From: Octopus bimaculoides
Lineage: Eukaryota
Length of the DNA stretch: 64,000 bases
Direction of reading: 5' to 3'
NCBI RefSeq assembly: GCF_001194135.2
Contig: NC_068981.1
Span: 85,741,275 to 85,805,274 of the forward strand
The position numbers were made by a program, and so were the translations under genes. Shown here piece after piece: positions 39,080 through 51,390 of this stretch. The notes under the pieces were generated by a model. That model was not told where the DNA came from. It saw only the letters and a program-made list of their open reading frames with translations, and made no database searches. Numbering within the stretch: position 1 is the first letter of the stretch; every line of letters starts with the position of its first letter.

Positions 39080-39288
39080 CCAGTACCGCCTGACTGGCCT
39101 TCGTGCGGGTGACACGTAAAAGCACCCACTACACTCTCTGAGTGGTTGGCATTAGGAAGGGCATCCAGCTGTAGAAACTGCCAAATCAGATTGGAGCCTG
39201 GTGTTGCCATCCGGTTTCACCAGTCCTCAGTCAAATCGTCCAACCCATGCTAGCATGGAAAGCGGACGTTAAATGATGATGATAATGA
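39080..39288 (+). mobile_element. RTE 3'-end fragment
   Basis: CACCCACTACACTCTC...GGACGTTAAATGATGATG. Confidence 0.85.
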
Positions 39289-40264
39289 TATCACTCCACT
39301 CTATTCCACCAGTATTTGTATTATACTTGAAAAATTTTACAAGTTCAGCCGTTATTTGCAGATAGAATGATAAATTTTCTTAGTTTGTTCAGTGTGAATT
39401 AAGCTCAGTCATAGCCATGTGATTAAGAAGTTTGCCTTGCAACCACATAGTTCTGGTGGGTTTAATCCCACTGTGTGGCACCTAGAAAAAATGCCTTCTA
39501 CTTGGGTTGATGAATAACTTCATCATCATTATAACATCCACTTTTCCGTGCTTACATGAGTCAGAGGCAGATTTCTTGTGGCCAGCTGCCCTTCCTGCCA
39601 CCAGTCCTCAATTGTTTCATAACAAGATGATATCTGTGCATGACTGGACATGGAAGATTGGAAATGACTGGTCTTGGAAGATTGGAAACGAATGACACAG
39701 CTTGTATAGTATTGTTTACAAGTGTCACACAATGTCAAGATGAAGATATGCACACACATACATATGTACACACACACATGCACACGTACACACACACACA
39801 CACACCGCTACTAATCCCGTTTACAAGACTTTGATTAGCCTGTGGCTGTAGTAGCAGATACCCAAGGTAGTATGCTATGAGTTGGAATCCAAAACTGTGG
39901 GGTTGGGAAGCAAGTGGAATATGTTTCAAGGAAACTGTAGAAGCATGCTCTGTCTATGTGTGTGTGTGTGTATTGATTTGTTGAGTTGGTTAGGTCTGTC
40001 CAGAGTTGCCTCTCTTCAGTATTTCCCATTGATAATGGTTAAGAAGCTAGAAACATCGATGTCTTGGAATCTGACAGGTGGCAGCACTGGACAGATATGG
40101 TGTTTTTACACCTCTTTTTACTATAAGAGAGAATTTTTCTCCATGGTAACTGCAATGAATTTACTTTTAGCAATTGAAATATATCACAAATATATGTTAG
40201 CTAACCTAAAGTTCACTTATGTCTAAACACTGCTTGGCACTGATATTACTGTTATATATACACA

Positions 40265-40446
40265 CATACACACACACATATATCAGGTAGGCTTCTTTCA
40301 GTTTCCATCTGCTAAATCCACTCACAAAGCTTTTTATCAACCCAAGGCTGTAATAGAAGACACTTGCCCAAAGTACTGTGCAGTGAAACTTAAACCAAAA
40401 CCATGTAGTCAGGAAGCACACTTCTTAACACACAGCCGTGCCTGCA
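40265..40446 (-). mobile_element. SINE family A, 5' half
   Basis: GGCTTCTTTCAGTTTCCATCTG...CACACAGCCGTG. Confidence 0.75.
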
Positions 40447-40859
40447 CCTCTGCCGATTAAAATAAATACCAGTCCAGGATGAGTTGAAATTCTGTCCAGT
40501 CATCAAAAGATGGTAACATTCTTGTCAGAAGTTGTGAGTTGACAGATAGCATCAATAATTTGGAAAAAAGAAAAAAAAAAATCAATGGAAATGTAGCTTC
40601 CCTGGTTCCATTGGGAGAGCAACTGTCACCATCTCTTGAATATGAATACATATGTGCTTTAACCACCATTGTTTTTAAAGTTTGAGTTTTATTCACAAAT
40701 GCTTTATTTTCTCCTCCTTCAATAAGTAGTGTCACATTTTTCTTGTTTCTTTTTGTGAAACATCCATTCATTCATCTCTAAACAAATTTACTTTTGTCAC
40801 TTGTCAATTCTAATGGATAATAATATTTGGATAGAAGTTCTAGTTGTTTATGTTTGCAT

Positions 40860-40972
40860 CATCATCATGGTCACTATGGTCATCGATGTCATTATCATCA
40901 TCATCATCATCATCACCATCACCACCACCACCACCACCACCACCACCACCACCACCACCATCATCATCATTA
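40860..40972. repeat. Compound (CAT)n(CAC)n(CAT)n microsatellite
   Basis: Direct reading. Confidence 0.9.
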
Positions 40973-43214
40973 TTAACTTAGAGAAGAAATTACATTACAA
41001 AGACAACACATGTGTTAAATTAGGACTTTAAACTCATGCATAATTGTTTGTTTTGTTTTTTTCTCACTGCACAAAGTTACATGTCAATCAGTTTCCCATG
41101 TGTGTATATATAAATTTTGATTTGTTTTGGCACTTGACTTTGTTGATAGCATTGTATTTGTTTCTGACATTAGTCTCTGTTCTTAATAAAACTTTAAAAT
41201 GATTGTGTTTTAAAGGTCGTTCATTTCTATCTTTGAGTAAAGTATATTAATCTATTAGCTGGTGGAGGTGGGTGAAGGTACTCTTAAGTACTGTTGTAAT
41301 TTTGTGACAGTAGGCTTCTGATGAGAAAACATTATAGAAATATACCAAGATATTGTAATTCAAATATTCTATTTCCAGCATTAAAGAACTGATATAAAAT
41401 ACTTATTTCTGCACACTACTGCTGAATTACTTTAAAACTATGTCAAACTTTGCAACATTTAAACTACTAGTGTGTATAGCATTAGTAATGTGTATACAAA
41501 TGTGGAATGGTATTAGCTTTGATATTTTATCTCAGAGAAGCCTCTCAAAAAGACTTGTATGATAAAAAGTCAGGGCTTTGTCCAGAGCATTGGTGGATCA
41601 TCAGAGACAGTATTTCAACCTGGTTTGGTCTCCTCAATGACAAAGACATGATGAGCTAAGCTGAAATGCTTGTTCTCGTATATAGAAATCAATAAAGTAA
41701 ACATTCACTGATATGTGGAATGTTAGCCATGCTAGAGTTAAATTAATAGACTCCCTTAAAACAGCTTTAGATTGCAATATCAGTGTGTATAATATTTATA
41801 ATGTTTAAGCTATGTATTACAGCAGTAGCTGTAATATTTTGGCTCGGAGAAATTTCTCTGTGAAGTTGTGAGTTAAATACACCAAATTCATGTGATTGGA
41901 CTTGAACATATAGACCTAGTGAATGAAGTACAGTAGCTACTCCAATGAAGTAGAATAGTGCCACAATGTACTGTAGATTTAAAATGCAATATATCAATAT
42001 ATTGATTATGTATATATATAGCAATCATGGCTGGACAGTCAAAATGTTAACTTTGCAACCATCTGGTTTTAATTTTGGTCTCATTTCATGATACCTTGAG
42101 TAAGTGTCTTCTATTATAGGTGGACCAATGTCTTCTGAATGAAATGTAGCAAATGAAAATTATATTGAAACCTGTTCTGTGTGTGTTTACACTTATATTT
42201 CCTAAAAAGCAGTACTCTTGTTACAACTGATTTATCTAACTAGGAAAGCACTCATTAACCTAAGTAAGTTGTATCTGCAAGATAAAATGAATTTGTTGAC
42301 CAAAAATATCTTAACATTATGTAACTGTGTCACAACACTATCTTTGCTTATGACTGTCATTTGTCAAATAAATAAGCTGACTGAAGGAGTAACCTAGTGA
42401 TCTTACTGTAAAGAAGGACAAACATAAATTGGCTACTGGTGACAAGTTAAATCTCTTGGACTATCAAGTTCATCTTTCATGTCTTTGTCAGACAAATAGA
42501 AACTTGTGATCTCAGAAATTCAGGCAATTAACCATTATTGATGGTGAGAAGTAGAAAAGTGAAATGAAAAATATTATATTCTTTAATTTTAGAAATCATT
42601 TCTTGAAATATAAAGTGTTTTTTGTTACATAAGAATATGAAGCAGAGTGACTAGCTTTAAATGGTTATTTCAAGGTGAGCTTACAACTATAAGGCTGTGT
42701 GTGTGAGTGACTCTATGCTAGATGGATTGTTTTGTTTGACCTTGTTTAATTGGTTTAGATTAGATGTCACTTTTTTTTTTCCAGTCAACTGGTCAATGAC
42801 TAGAAAGACATTTAACTTACATATAACAAATATATATTTAGATTTCAAGGACTGGCCTTCCACCTGTTCCTCTTCTCCTTCCTCCTCCTCCTCTTCCTCC
42901 TCCTAATCATCATCATCATCATTGCCATTACTATTACTGCCACATTCATTTTTGAGTTCATTTCCCCGTGTTGCATATCATCTTTCATCATGATTGCATC
43001 ATTTTGAATGTGAACTCCAACATCTTGAGGTTGACCTTAAACATCCTCCCCACCATCTCTTCCTTAGTTTTCTAACGATATTTTCTGTTGTCACACTTCA
43101 TTGCCATGCAACTTCACACTCCCTATGGCTATAAAATAGTTAAAAAAAAAAATAGTAAAGAAAAGTTGTTATTGCTAATTTAAAAAGTAATCCTTTTTTT
43201 GGTTTGCCTTTCAG

Positions 43215-43409
43215 GAAATTCAGGAGTTACAAGAGCAGTTGCGTGATATGATGTTCCATTTAGAAGCACAACAAAAGCTTACTCGACAAGAAGGGCTTGA
43301 GGAAATATCTCAAGAAGAAATACAAGGAGGACAGGTAATTGTTGGTGCTTCTAGGACCACTAATTCTGTTTTAGGAAATTCTCGTCGCAGCAGACAAAGA
43401 AAGCATTGA
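43215..43409 (+). CDS. BRAP: BRAP terminal coding exon (EIQELQEQLRDMMFHLEAQQKL...SRRSRQRKH*)
   Basis: ctttcAG acceptor after a 14.85-kb intron; QEQLRDxMFxLE motif; basic C-terminal tail; TGA at 43407-43409. Confidence 0.95.
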   Translation, partial: EIQELQEQLRDMMFHLEAQQKLTRQEGLEEISQEEIQGGQVIVGASRTTNSVLGNSRRSRQRKH

Positions 43410-43605
43410 TATTAAAATTGTCAATTTGCATTCACTATCAAAAAACGAATCCACTGTATATTGAAAATTAAAAATTTTATCTATATATTCCAATACAAAC
43501 AATTTAATGTTGTCCATTATAATTTCATTTTTAAATATTATTGGAAAATATCTTGCAAAGCTTTGTAGCTAAGTTTATTATAATGTATTAAAAGATTAAA
43601 ATATC

Positions 43606-43611
43606 AATAAA
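43606..43611 (+). promoter_or_regulatory. Candidate BRAP polyadenylation signal AATAAA
   Basis: First AATAAA about 200 nt after the stop, followed by U-rich sequence. ATTAAA variants occur closer to the stop. Confidence 0.45.
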
Positions 43612-43724
43612 ATAATGACTTCACTTATTCATTTGAAATTCTTGAAACTTTTCATTTGTTTGCTTAACTCTTCAACATTTTGATTATTCTGTCATATATA
43701 TTGCTTATCTATTCATCATCATCT

Positions 43725-43960
43725 TCATCATCATCCTTTAATGTCCGTTTTCCATGCTGGCATGGGTTGGATGGTTTGACCAGAGCTAGCAAGAAGAGTT
43801 GCATCAAGTTCCAGTCTGATTTGGCTTGGTTTCTATGGCTGGATGCCCTTCCTAATGCCAACCACTTCACAGTGTGTGCTGGGATGCTATTAGCATGGTA
43901 CTGGCATGAGCACTTTTATGTAGCACCAGCATAAGTACTTATGTGGCACCAGCACAGGAT
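43725..43960 (-). mobile_element. RTE 3'-end fragment just downstream of BRAP
   Basis: CATCATCCTTTAATGTCCGTTTTCCATGCTGGCATGGGTTGG, the reverse complement of the tail. Confidence 0.8.
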
Positions 43961-44016
43961 TCTTGCAGGCCAAAATTCATTCATTCATTTATTTATTTAT
44001 TTTTATTATTATTATT

Positions 44017-44450
44017 GCCTTTGCACAGCTTCTAATGCTGGAGATGTACTACGGTGTCAGCTGTTCACTATCAGTGAACTGAGGTAACACCTCTTATTTT
44101 TCAAGCACCTTCTGGAGTATTCAAGCAGTTCCAAGCAGTGCTGTTTTCTGCAAGTGCTCCACCCTTATTGCAGCCCCTATTTGTTCCACATACTTCTCAA
44201 GATTTTTACTCACTATTCTCAGGGCTCCAACAATTATTGGTACCACTACCACCATTTTCATTGACCACAACTGCTTTACCCCCCAAGCTAACCTGTCATA
44301 CCTATCAACTTTTCTTTCTTCCTTATCACATACCTTGTTGTCAGCTGGGCATGCTATATCTATGATCCTGCTTAGTTTGATTTCTTTCTCAATTAAGACT
44401 CTGTCTGGCTTCCTATTATCTATCTCATGGTCGCACTGAATCATAAAATC
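44017..44450 (-). mobile_element. 5'-truncated R4/Dong 3' end (restriction-like endonuclease) inserted in (TAA)n
   Basis: RKPDRVLIEKE...IIDIACPAD...YDRLAWGVKQLW...VVVPIIVGALR...LQKTALLGTA; (ATT)n on both flanks. Confidence 0.9.
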
Positions 44451-45899
44451 ATTATTATTATTATTCATAGTGTTCATTCAAGATTATATACAAATGTGGG
44501 TGGCAATATCCACCTCACTCTTTACCAAAACCAACTACAGAGAGGGGGCTGTAGAAATGAAATAAGCTAAAAGTAACACTAATGATGACTCCCCCCAGAA
44601 TGGCTACAGGCAATGATTTAAACAGGTAAAAAGAGTAAGAGTCATTTATATCTAAATAAGTGGTTTGGCAAAGGTTTTGATACATTTTCTGACTTACCGC
44701 TTTTGAACCATAAGCTAACCATTTAAACTGACCCCTCAGTATATAACTTCTTAATCTCTCTCAGCCTTTGTTCCTCCTTAATTCTTCATGTAATTTTGCT
44801 AAGATAATTTCTTGTCTCTTTGCATGTTTAATTTCTCATCCGTTATGAACACTTTAAATGAATATTATTTACCAATTGCTAGTTTCGTAAGCCAATTTAA
44901 TTTCCTAATATCTCTCTCTTTGTTCCTCCTAAATTCTTCATGGAATTTTGCTAAGCTGAAAATCTGCCTCATACCATCTCCCCAAATTAGACCTTGCTTG
45001 TTTGTGGTGCGCCCGCCCTTTCCCACCCCACCACCAATACTGGATATCTCTGTCTCTATCTCTCTCTCTCTCCCTCCTCCCACCATCTACACCAGATATC
45101 TCTCTCTCCTCCCACCACCATTACCAGATATCTCTTCTCTCAACCCTGCTCTTCACNNNNNNNNNNNNNNNNNNNNNNNNNNNNNNNNNNNNNNNNNNNN
45201 NNNNNNNNNNNNNNNNNNNNNNNNNNNNNNNNNNNNNNNNNNNNNNNNNNNNNNNNNNNNNNNNNNNNNNNNNNNNNNNNNNNNNNNNNNNNNNNNNNNN
45301 NNNNNNNNNNNNNNNNNNNNNNNNNNNNNNNNNNNNNNNNNNNNNNNNNNNNNNNNNNNNNNNNNNNNNNNNNNNNNNNNNNNNNNNCTCTCTCTCTCTC
45401 TCTTTCTTGGGACAAATACAACTAGCTTAGCTGCCTACCTACTTAACCCGGCTATCTTTCGTTTTGTTTTGTCTAGAAATTTGTCAACAGCTACCCAGTT
45501 ATTTTCCATAGACATATCAAAGTGAAAGAGAAAGCTAATGGGCTGTACGTGCATGTTTTTCCTCTGTGTGTATGTGTGCGTGCATACTTGTTTTTGTCTG
45601 TGTGTGTGTGTGCATGTGTGCTTATGTGTATGTATGGTCGAGCTCGTTTCTTCTCTTTCTCTGTCCGAACCCCCCCTCCCTCACTGGTGGTACCCTCCGT
45701 CATACCTGCAATCTCCTCTCCCTAGACAAATGCTACTAGTTTAGCTGACACCCTACTTAATCTAACATTGGAATATTCATATTTGCAACACCAGTAATGC
45801 TTAAATTTAAGTTTTTACGATTTCCATAATGCATATATTTACAACGCCGCTAATACCTACTCCTACCCCCAGTAGAAACAACAATCTTAACACGCTTGA

Positions 45900-48800
45900 A
45901 TGTTTGAATGATGTCAGATCGGAAGTGAGAGCAGGTGAATGACAAATGAATGACAACCTCCTTCTTTTCAGGCGCTGAATAATATCTCCCCTTCCCAAGC
46001 CTCTCCCCACATTCCTTTCCCAGTTTTCAGAGTTGGCACTGTCAATGCAGGCACACTGAAAGGTAGGTCTAGTGAGATTGTAGAAATGCTTGAAAGGAGA
46101 AGTGTCGATGTATGTTGCATACAAGAGGTAAGATGGAGAGGAGCTTCAGCTAGGGTCCTCACAGGCAAGGTACATAGGTATAAAATCTTCTGGCAAGGTA
46201 ACACGGATGGAGTAGGGGGTGTAGGCATACTCCTTGCAGAGAAATGGGTGGATAAGGTCATAGAGGTTGTCAGGGTATGCGATAGAGTGCTTAGGCTCAG
46301 GCTAAGTAGAACAGTACAGCTACAATTATCTCTGCCTATGCCCCACAAGCGGGCCTACCAAATGATCAGAAGGACCATTTTTATGATACCCTCCTACAGG
46401 CTACCTCAAAGACGAGTTGCAATGACTTCAGCTTTGCAGCTAGAGATTTTAATGGGCATGTTGGATGGCAATCCAGTATCTTCACTGGTGTACACGGGGG
46501 CCATGATATTGGTTCCCGAAACTAAGAGGGAACTAGGCTTTTGGAGTTCTGTGATGCATGTAACCTTTTAATCTGCAACACTAACTTCTGGAAGCCAGAC
46601 AGCTATCTGATAACCTATCAATCAGGTGACTCTGCTAGCCAGATTTCAACCTCACCGTACAGCGGGACGCAGGGTTGCTCTTAAATACAAAGAGCCTACT
46701 GAATGAAGAATATACCCCAAGCATAGACTAGTCATTAGTGACTTTAGACTCGAGGCCAGAAGGATGCCAAGAAACAGACCAATCCCAAAAAGAAGGATTT
46801 GGAAGTTTAAGGACCCTTCATATGGTCAGAGATTTAGGGACATCCTAATTGAGAAATTTGATGAGAGGGAGGAGGAGCTACAGACCTCGAACATAGAAGG
46901 TAGTTGGAAATTCCTACGGGATAGCTTACTAAGTGCCACAGACCAAGTCTGCAGATGGTGCAAAATCCTTTCCAGACCTAGAGTAACGTGTTGGTGGAAT
47001 AATACGATAGACAAAGCCATTAGAGCAAAGAAACAGGCCTGGAAAGCCTGGAAGAGTTGGGGTAGCATGGAACTGTACCAGATAGCTAGGAAGGAGGCTG
47101 GGCGACAGTTATACATAGCCAAGGGCAAAGCAGATAGCTTTGCCAATGTTCAGCGATGTGAGGACCAAAGAACTGAAGTATTTCGGATTGCAAGATAATG
47201 TGTGAGAGAAAATTGCGATGTTACAGGAGAGAAATGTGTCCGCATGGATGATGGTGCACTTGCTTTTAATGATTCTGAAAAGAAAGAGGCTTGGAGAAGC
47301 CATTATGAAAGACTGCTGAACGTGGAGAATGAATGGGAGGAAAAGAGCCTGCCAGATGCTGACCCAATAGAGGGACCAGTTATCCGAATAGACAGCACCC
47401 TGGTAGATAAAGAAATTAAGGGTATGAAGCCAGGAAAAGCCCCCGGGCCATCAGGAATCACTGCTGAGATGCTTAAAATATCTGGTGGTGTGTGTTATGG
47501 CCTAGTCACCCGTATTGTAAACCAAGTAGTTCATGATGGAGTCATACCCAATGACTGGCATAGCAGCACCATAGTCAACTGCTACAAGGGTAAAGGCGAT
47601 GCTTTAGATAGAAATAACTACAGGGGTATCAAACTGCTGGATCAGGTGATGAAGGTCACGGAGAGGATCATAGCCCAACTAATTAGGGAGAGAGTCTTCT
47701 TAGATGAGATCCAGTTCGGTTTTGTGCCAGGTAGAATCACCACTGATGCTATATTCCTGGTAAGGCAACTGCAGGAGAAATATCTAGCCAAAGATAAACC
47801 CCTATACTTGGCTTTTGTGGACTTGGAGAAAGCCTTTGACAGGATCCCCCGATCCCTTATCTGGTGGGCGATGCAGAAACTAGGGATTGACGAATAGTTA
47901 ATAAGGGCTGTACAGGCCCTATACAGAGATGCCGTTGGTAAGGTTAGGGTTGGCAATGAGTATAGGGAAGAATTCCGAGTAGAAGTAGGGGTCCACCAAG
48001 GATTAACCCTCAGCCCCCTCTTATTCATCATAGTCCTCCAGGCAATAACAGAGGAATTCAAGACAAGTTGCCCCTGGGAGCTCCTCTATGCTGATGACCT
48101 GGCCTTCATAGCAGAATCACTACCAGAACTAGAGAAGAAATTTCAAGTGTGGAAGCAAGGTTTAGAATCGAAGGTCCTTAGAGTCAATGTCGCAAAAACC
48201 AAAGTCCTAGTAAGTGGGAAGGCGAATACATCACACACCCCTTCAGGTAGATGGCCATGCTCGATCCGTAGAAAGGGTGTAGATAGAAAATCTATATGAT
48301 GTACCCAGTGTAAGCTATGGACACATAAGAGGTGCAGCAACATCAAAGGAAGGTTAACCGGGAAGATAGTTTTCGTGTGCGGCAGATGCACAGGGGCAAT
48401 AAACATCACAGATGCTCAGAAAACAGATTCCATCACATGCCAGGGGGAGAAACTAGAAGTGGTTGATAGCTTCCGCTACCTAGATTACCAAGTCTGTAGT
48501 GGGGATGGATGCTCAGAGAGCGTTATCACTAGAATAAGAATAACCTGGGCAAAGTTCAGAAAGCTTCTACCCCTACTGGTGACAAAGGGCCTCTCGCTCA
48601 GAGTAAAAGCTAGATTGTACGATGCATGTGTGCGAACTGCTATGTTTCATGGCAGTGAAACATGGGCCGTGACTGCAGAAGATATGCGTAGGCTCGAAAG
48701 AAATGAAGCTAGCATGATCCGTTGGATGTATAATGTCAGTGTGCACATACGACAGAGTGTAAGCACCCCGAGAGAAATGTTGGACATAAGAAGCATCGGA

Positions 48801-49608
48801 TGTGGCGTGCAAGAGAGACGTCCGTGCTGGTATGGTCATGTACTACAGATGGATGAGGAGAGCTGTGTGAAGAAGTGCCACTCTCAAACAGTGGAAGGAG
48901 GGAAACCCAGGAAGACATGGGATGAGGTGGTGAAGCATGACCCTCCATCGTTGGGCCTCACAGAGGCAATGACGAAAGATCGAGACCTCTGCAGATATGC
49001 TGTAACTGAGAAGACCCGGAAAATAATGTGAAATCACACCTGTAGCCCACAGCAGTGTAGCATAAACAGGCCACTCAAAATAGTACTTTTGGATCGTAGG
49101 GCGACCTGCTGTGCTTGAGGAGACCTATTGAGTTAATTATATCAACATCAAAATCAAACCAAACCACAATCAAATGGAAATTGTTGTGGATGATGCCAGC
49201 GCCGCCTGCCTGGCTCCCCGTACCGGCGAAACGAAAAAGGCACCATCCGAACGTGGTCGATGCCAGGCCCCTCGCCACGACTGGCTCCTGTGCCAGTGGC
49301 ACGTAAAAAGCACCATCCGAATGTGGCCGATGTCAGCGGCGCCTTGATGGGCTCCCGTGCCGGTGGCACGTAAAAGCACCATCCAAACGTGGTCGATGCC
49401 AGCGTCCTCTGACTCCTGTGCCGGTGGCACGTAAAAGGCACCCACTACACTCTCGGAGTGGTTGATGTTAAGAAGGGCATCCAGCTGTAGAAACACTGCC
49501 AGATCAGATTGGAGCCTGGTAGCCTCCTGGCTTCCCAGACCCCAGTCGAACCGTCGAACCCATGCCAACATGGAAAACGGACGTTAAACGATGATGATGA
49601 TGATGATG
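45900..49608 (+). mobile_element. RTE-clade LINE, near full length, ORF broken by frameshifts and stops (APE endonuclease + RT with internal PHD finger; 3' UTR repeats; (GAT)n tail)
   Basis: APE: RVGTVNAGTLKGRSSEIVEMLERRSVDVCCIQEVRW, GVGILL. RT: KAPGPSGIT, NYRGIKLL, QFGFVPGR, AFVDLEKAFD, GVHQG, LLYADD, FRYL. Ends in GGACGTTAAAC(GAT)n. 5' boundary approximate. Confidence 0.95.
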
Positions 49609-49692
49609 GAGTCATCTGTTGTCAGCACTTGTCTCAATCATGTCTGGCAGGTTGGGCGGTCAACTAACTTGACTCCTGGTAACTTTATGTTA

Positions 49693-50601
49693 CTAGACTA
49701 CCCGTGACCCGTTGGGTTACCGGGAAACTCTGAGTTTCTCAGCAATGGAGTTTTGTTTCGAAGGTTTTTTTATTTTCCACGTTTTCACATGTCTTCAACG
49801 AATGACATCGAAATCACGCGTAAATGGCTCCTTTCCCCAGAAAAGGAAAGATTTGGCTGCTATTTCTTGCATGCCATGCTACCACGTAACTGGTATTTCG
49901 GGTCCTATATCGTAAATAGCAGTTACGTGGTAGTATGGTATGCTAGAAATAGCAGCCAAATCTTTGGAGGTGAAATACGCTGAATGTACTCGAAAAATCC
50001 TATGGAAGAAAAAATTCACACCGAGGTTACAAACGGGTTTTTTTAATGAAATATTTACCATACTTTTAAAGTTATTTTCACTTCAAAATATTTTTTAAAT
50101 ATGTCAAAAAAAATTTTTGTAATGATATTCACTTGAAAATAATTTTAAAAAACATTGTCTGTTTAAAGAAGGCTAAAATATAAATACTTACTGTACAAAC
50201 AGTTTACATTTTTGAAATCACATTCACTTAAAAATATTTCTAAATGATTAAAATATTGTTTAACAAAAGCGAAAATAGAAACATTTACTGTAAAAAAATT
50301 CGTATTTTTCCGTTGTCATGTCACTGTGTCTAATAGAAAGATAAGAGTTTCTTTCCTTTCAGGTTGAAGATTATTTTCAGAATATTTTCCCATTATGCAC
50401 CGTTTTGGGTGTTTATACCGGAAAACCTCTAATATCTTTAAAACTACTTCTCCGATTTACACGAAACTTGTTTTATTCTGTTCATATTAACATTTCAGGG
50501 TAAGCTTTAATTCATAGTATTTTCCCATTATGCGCCAGTTTGGCTGGGTAACATTGCAAGCAAGCAAGCAAGATTCAAGCTTACTTTTAATGTATTATAG
50601 A
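49693..50601 (-). mobile_element. Complete non-autonomous Helitron (909 bp)
   Basis: On the minus strand it starts A|TC (50601) and ends with the hairpin CCCGGTAACCC-AAC-GGGTCACGGG followed by CTAG|T (49693). Inserted at an AT dinucleotide with no TSD. Confidence 0.85.
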
Positions 50602-50995
50602 TAGTTGCTGTCTTCCTCATTCATCAGCCAAATATTTAGTATTTGCTACTCTGTGCTTATCCATAACATTGTTTTGAATTAATCATGCATTATCTTGTAG
50701 CCTTGAGATTTTGATGATGTGATTGTTTATTTTTAGAATGACATTGCAGGGTAGGTGTGAGAGGCTTGATCTGGTCAGTTTGAACACAAAATACGGGCCA
50801 GATATGACCAGTTTGATTGCCAAAGGGTTAAACTTATATTTTTTAGAATATATATTGAGAGTCATAATGTTTTCCCTTATGGTAGAATAAATATTTTCTG
50901 TAGCTTTATTGGGATGTACTTATTTAAAGGTTTAACTAGTTATATATTTAATAAAATCCAATTTCTTATTAAAAACAATTTCAAAGAAAATTATA

Positions 50996-51390
50996 CAGGA
51001 GTGGCTGTGTGGTAAGTAGCTTGCTTACCAACCACATGGTTCCGGGTTCAGTCCCACTGCGTGGCACCTTGGGCAAGTGTCTTCTACTATAGCCTCGGGC
51101 CAACCAAAGCCTTGTGAGTGGATTTGGTAGACGGAAACTGAAAGAAGCCCGTCGTATATATGTATATATATATGTGTGTGTGTTTGTGTGTTTGTTCCCC
51201 CACCATCGCTTGACAACCGATGCTGGTGTGTTTACGTCCCCGTAACTTAGCGGTTCGGCAAAAAGAGACCGATAGAATAAATACTAAGCTTCCAAAGAAT
51301 AAGTCCTGGGGTCGATTTTCTCGACTAAAAGCGGTGCTCCAGCATGGCCGCAGTCAAATGACTGAAACAAGTAAAAGAGTAAAAGAGTAA
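50996..51390 (+). mobile_element. SINE family A, full length, young
   Basis: CpGs retained; tail (GTAAAAGA)n. Confidence 0.92.

Larger units (their letters stand above)
1279..43409 (+). other. BRAP: BRAP (BRCA1-associated protein / IMP, RING-H2 + ZnF-UBP E3 ubiquitin ligase) gene span, 5'-partial, 12 coding exons in window
   Basis: All 12 exons have AG/GT boundaries with compatible phases and sum to 1321 nt (1+440 codons). The translation is colinear with human BRAP as recalled: [74 protein letters not shown]. Confidence 0.97.

Noticed and set aside
43335-43340. Internal CAG|GTAATT donor in the last BRAP exon, suggesting a further exon
   Set aside because: Read-through gives the human-like basic C-terminus and a stop, and no downstream BRAP-like exon was found.
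49195-49445. CRISPR-like repeat/spacer array (also 16760-17060)
   Set aside because: Eukaryotic context, the spacers are homologous to one another, and the array is part of the RTE 3' UTR.
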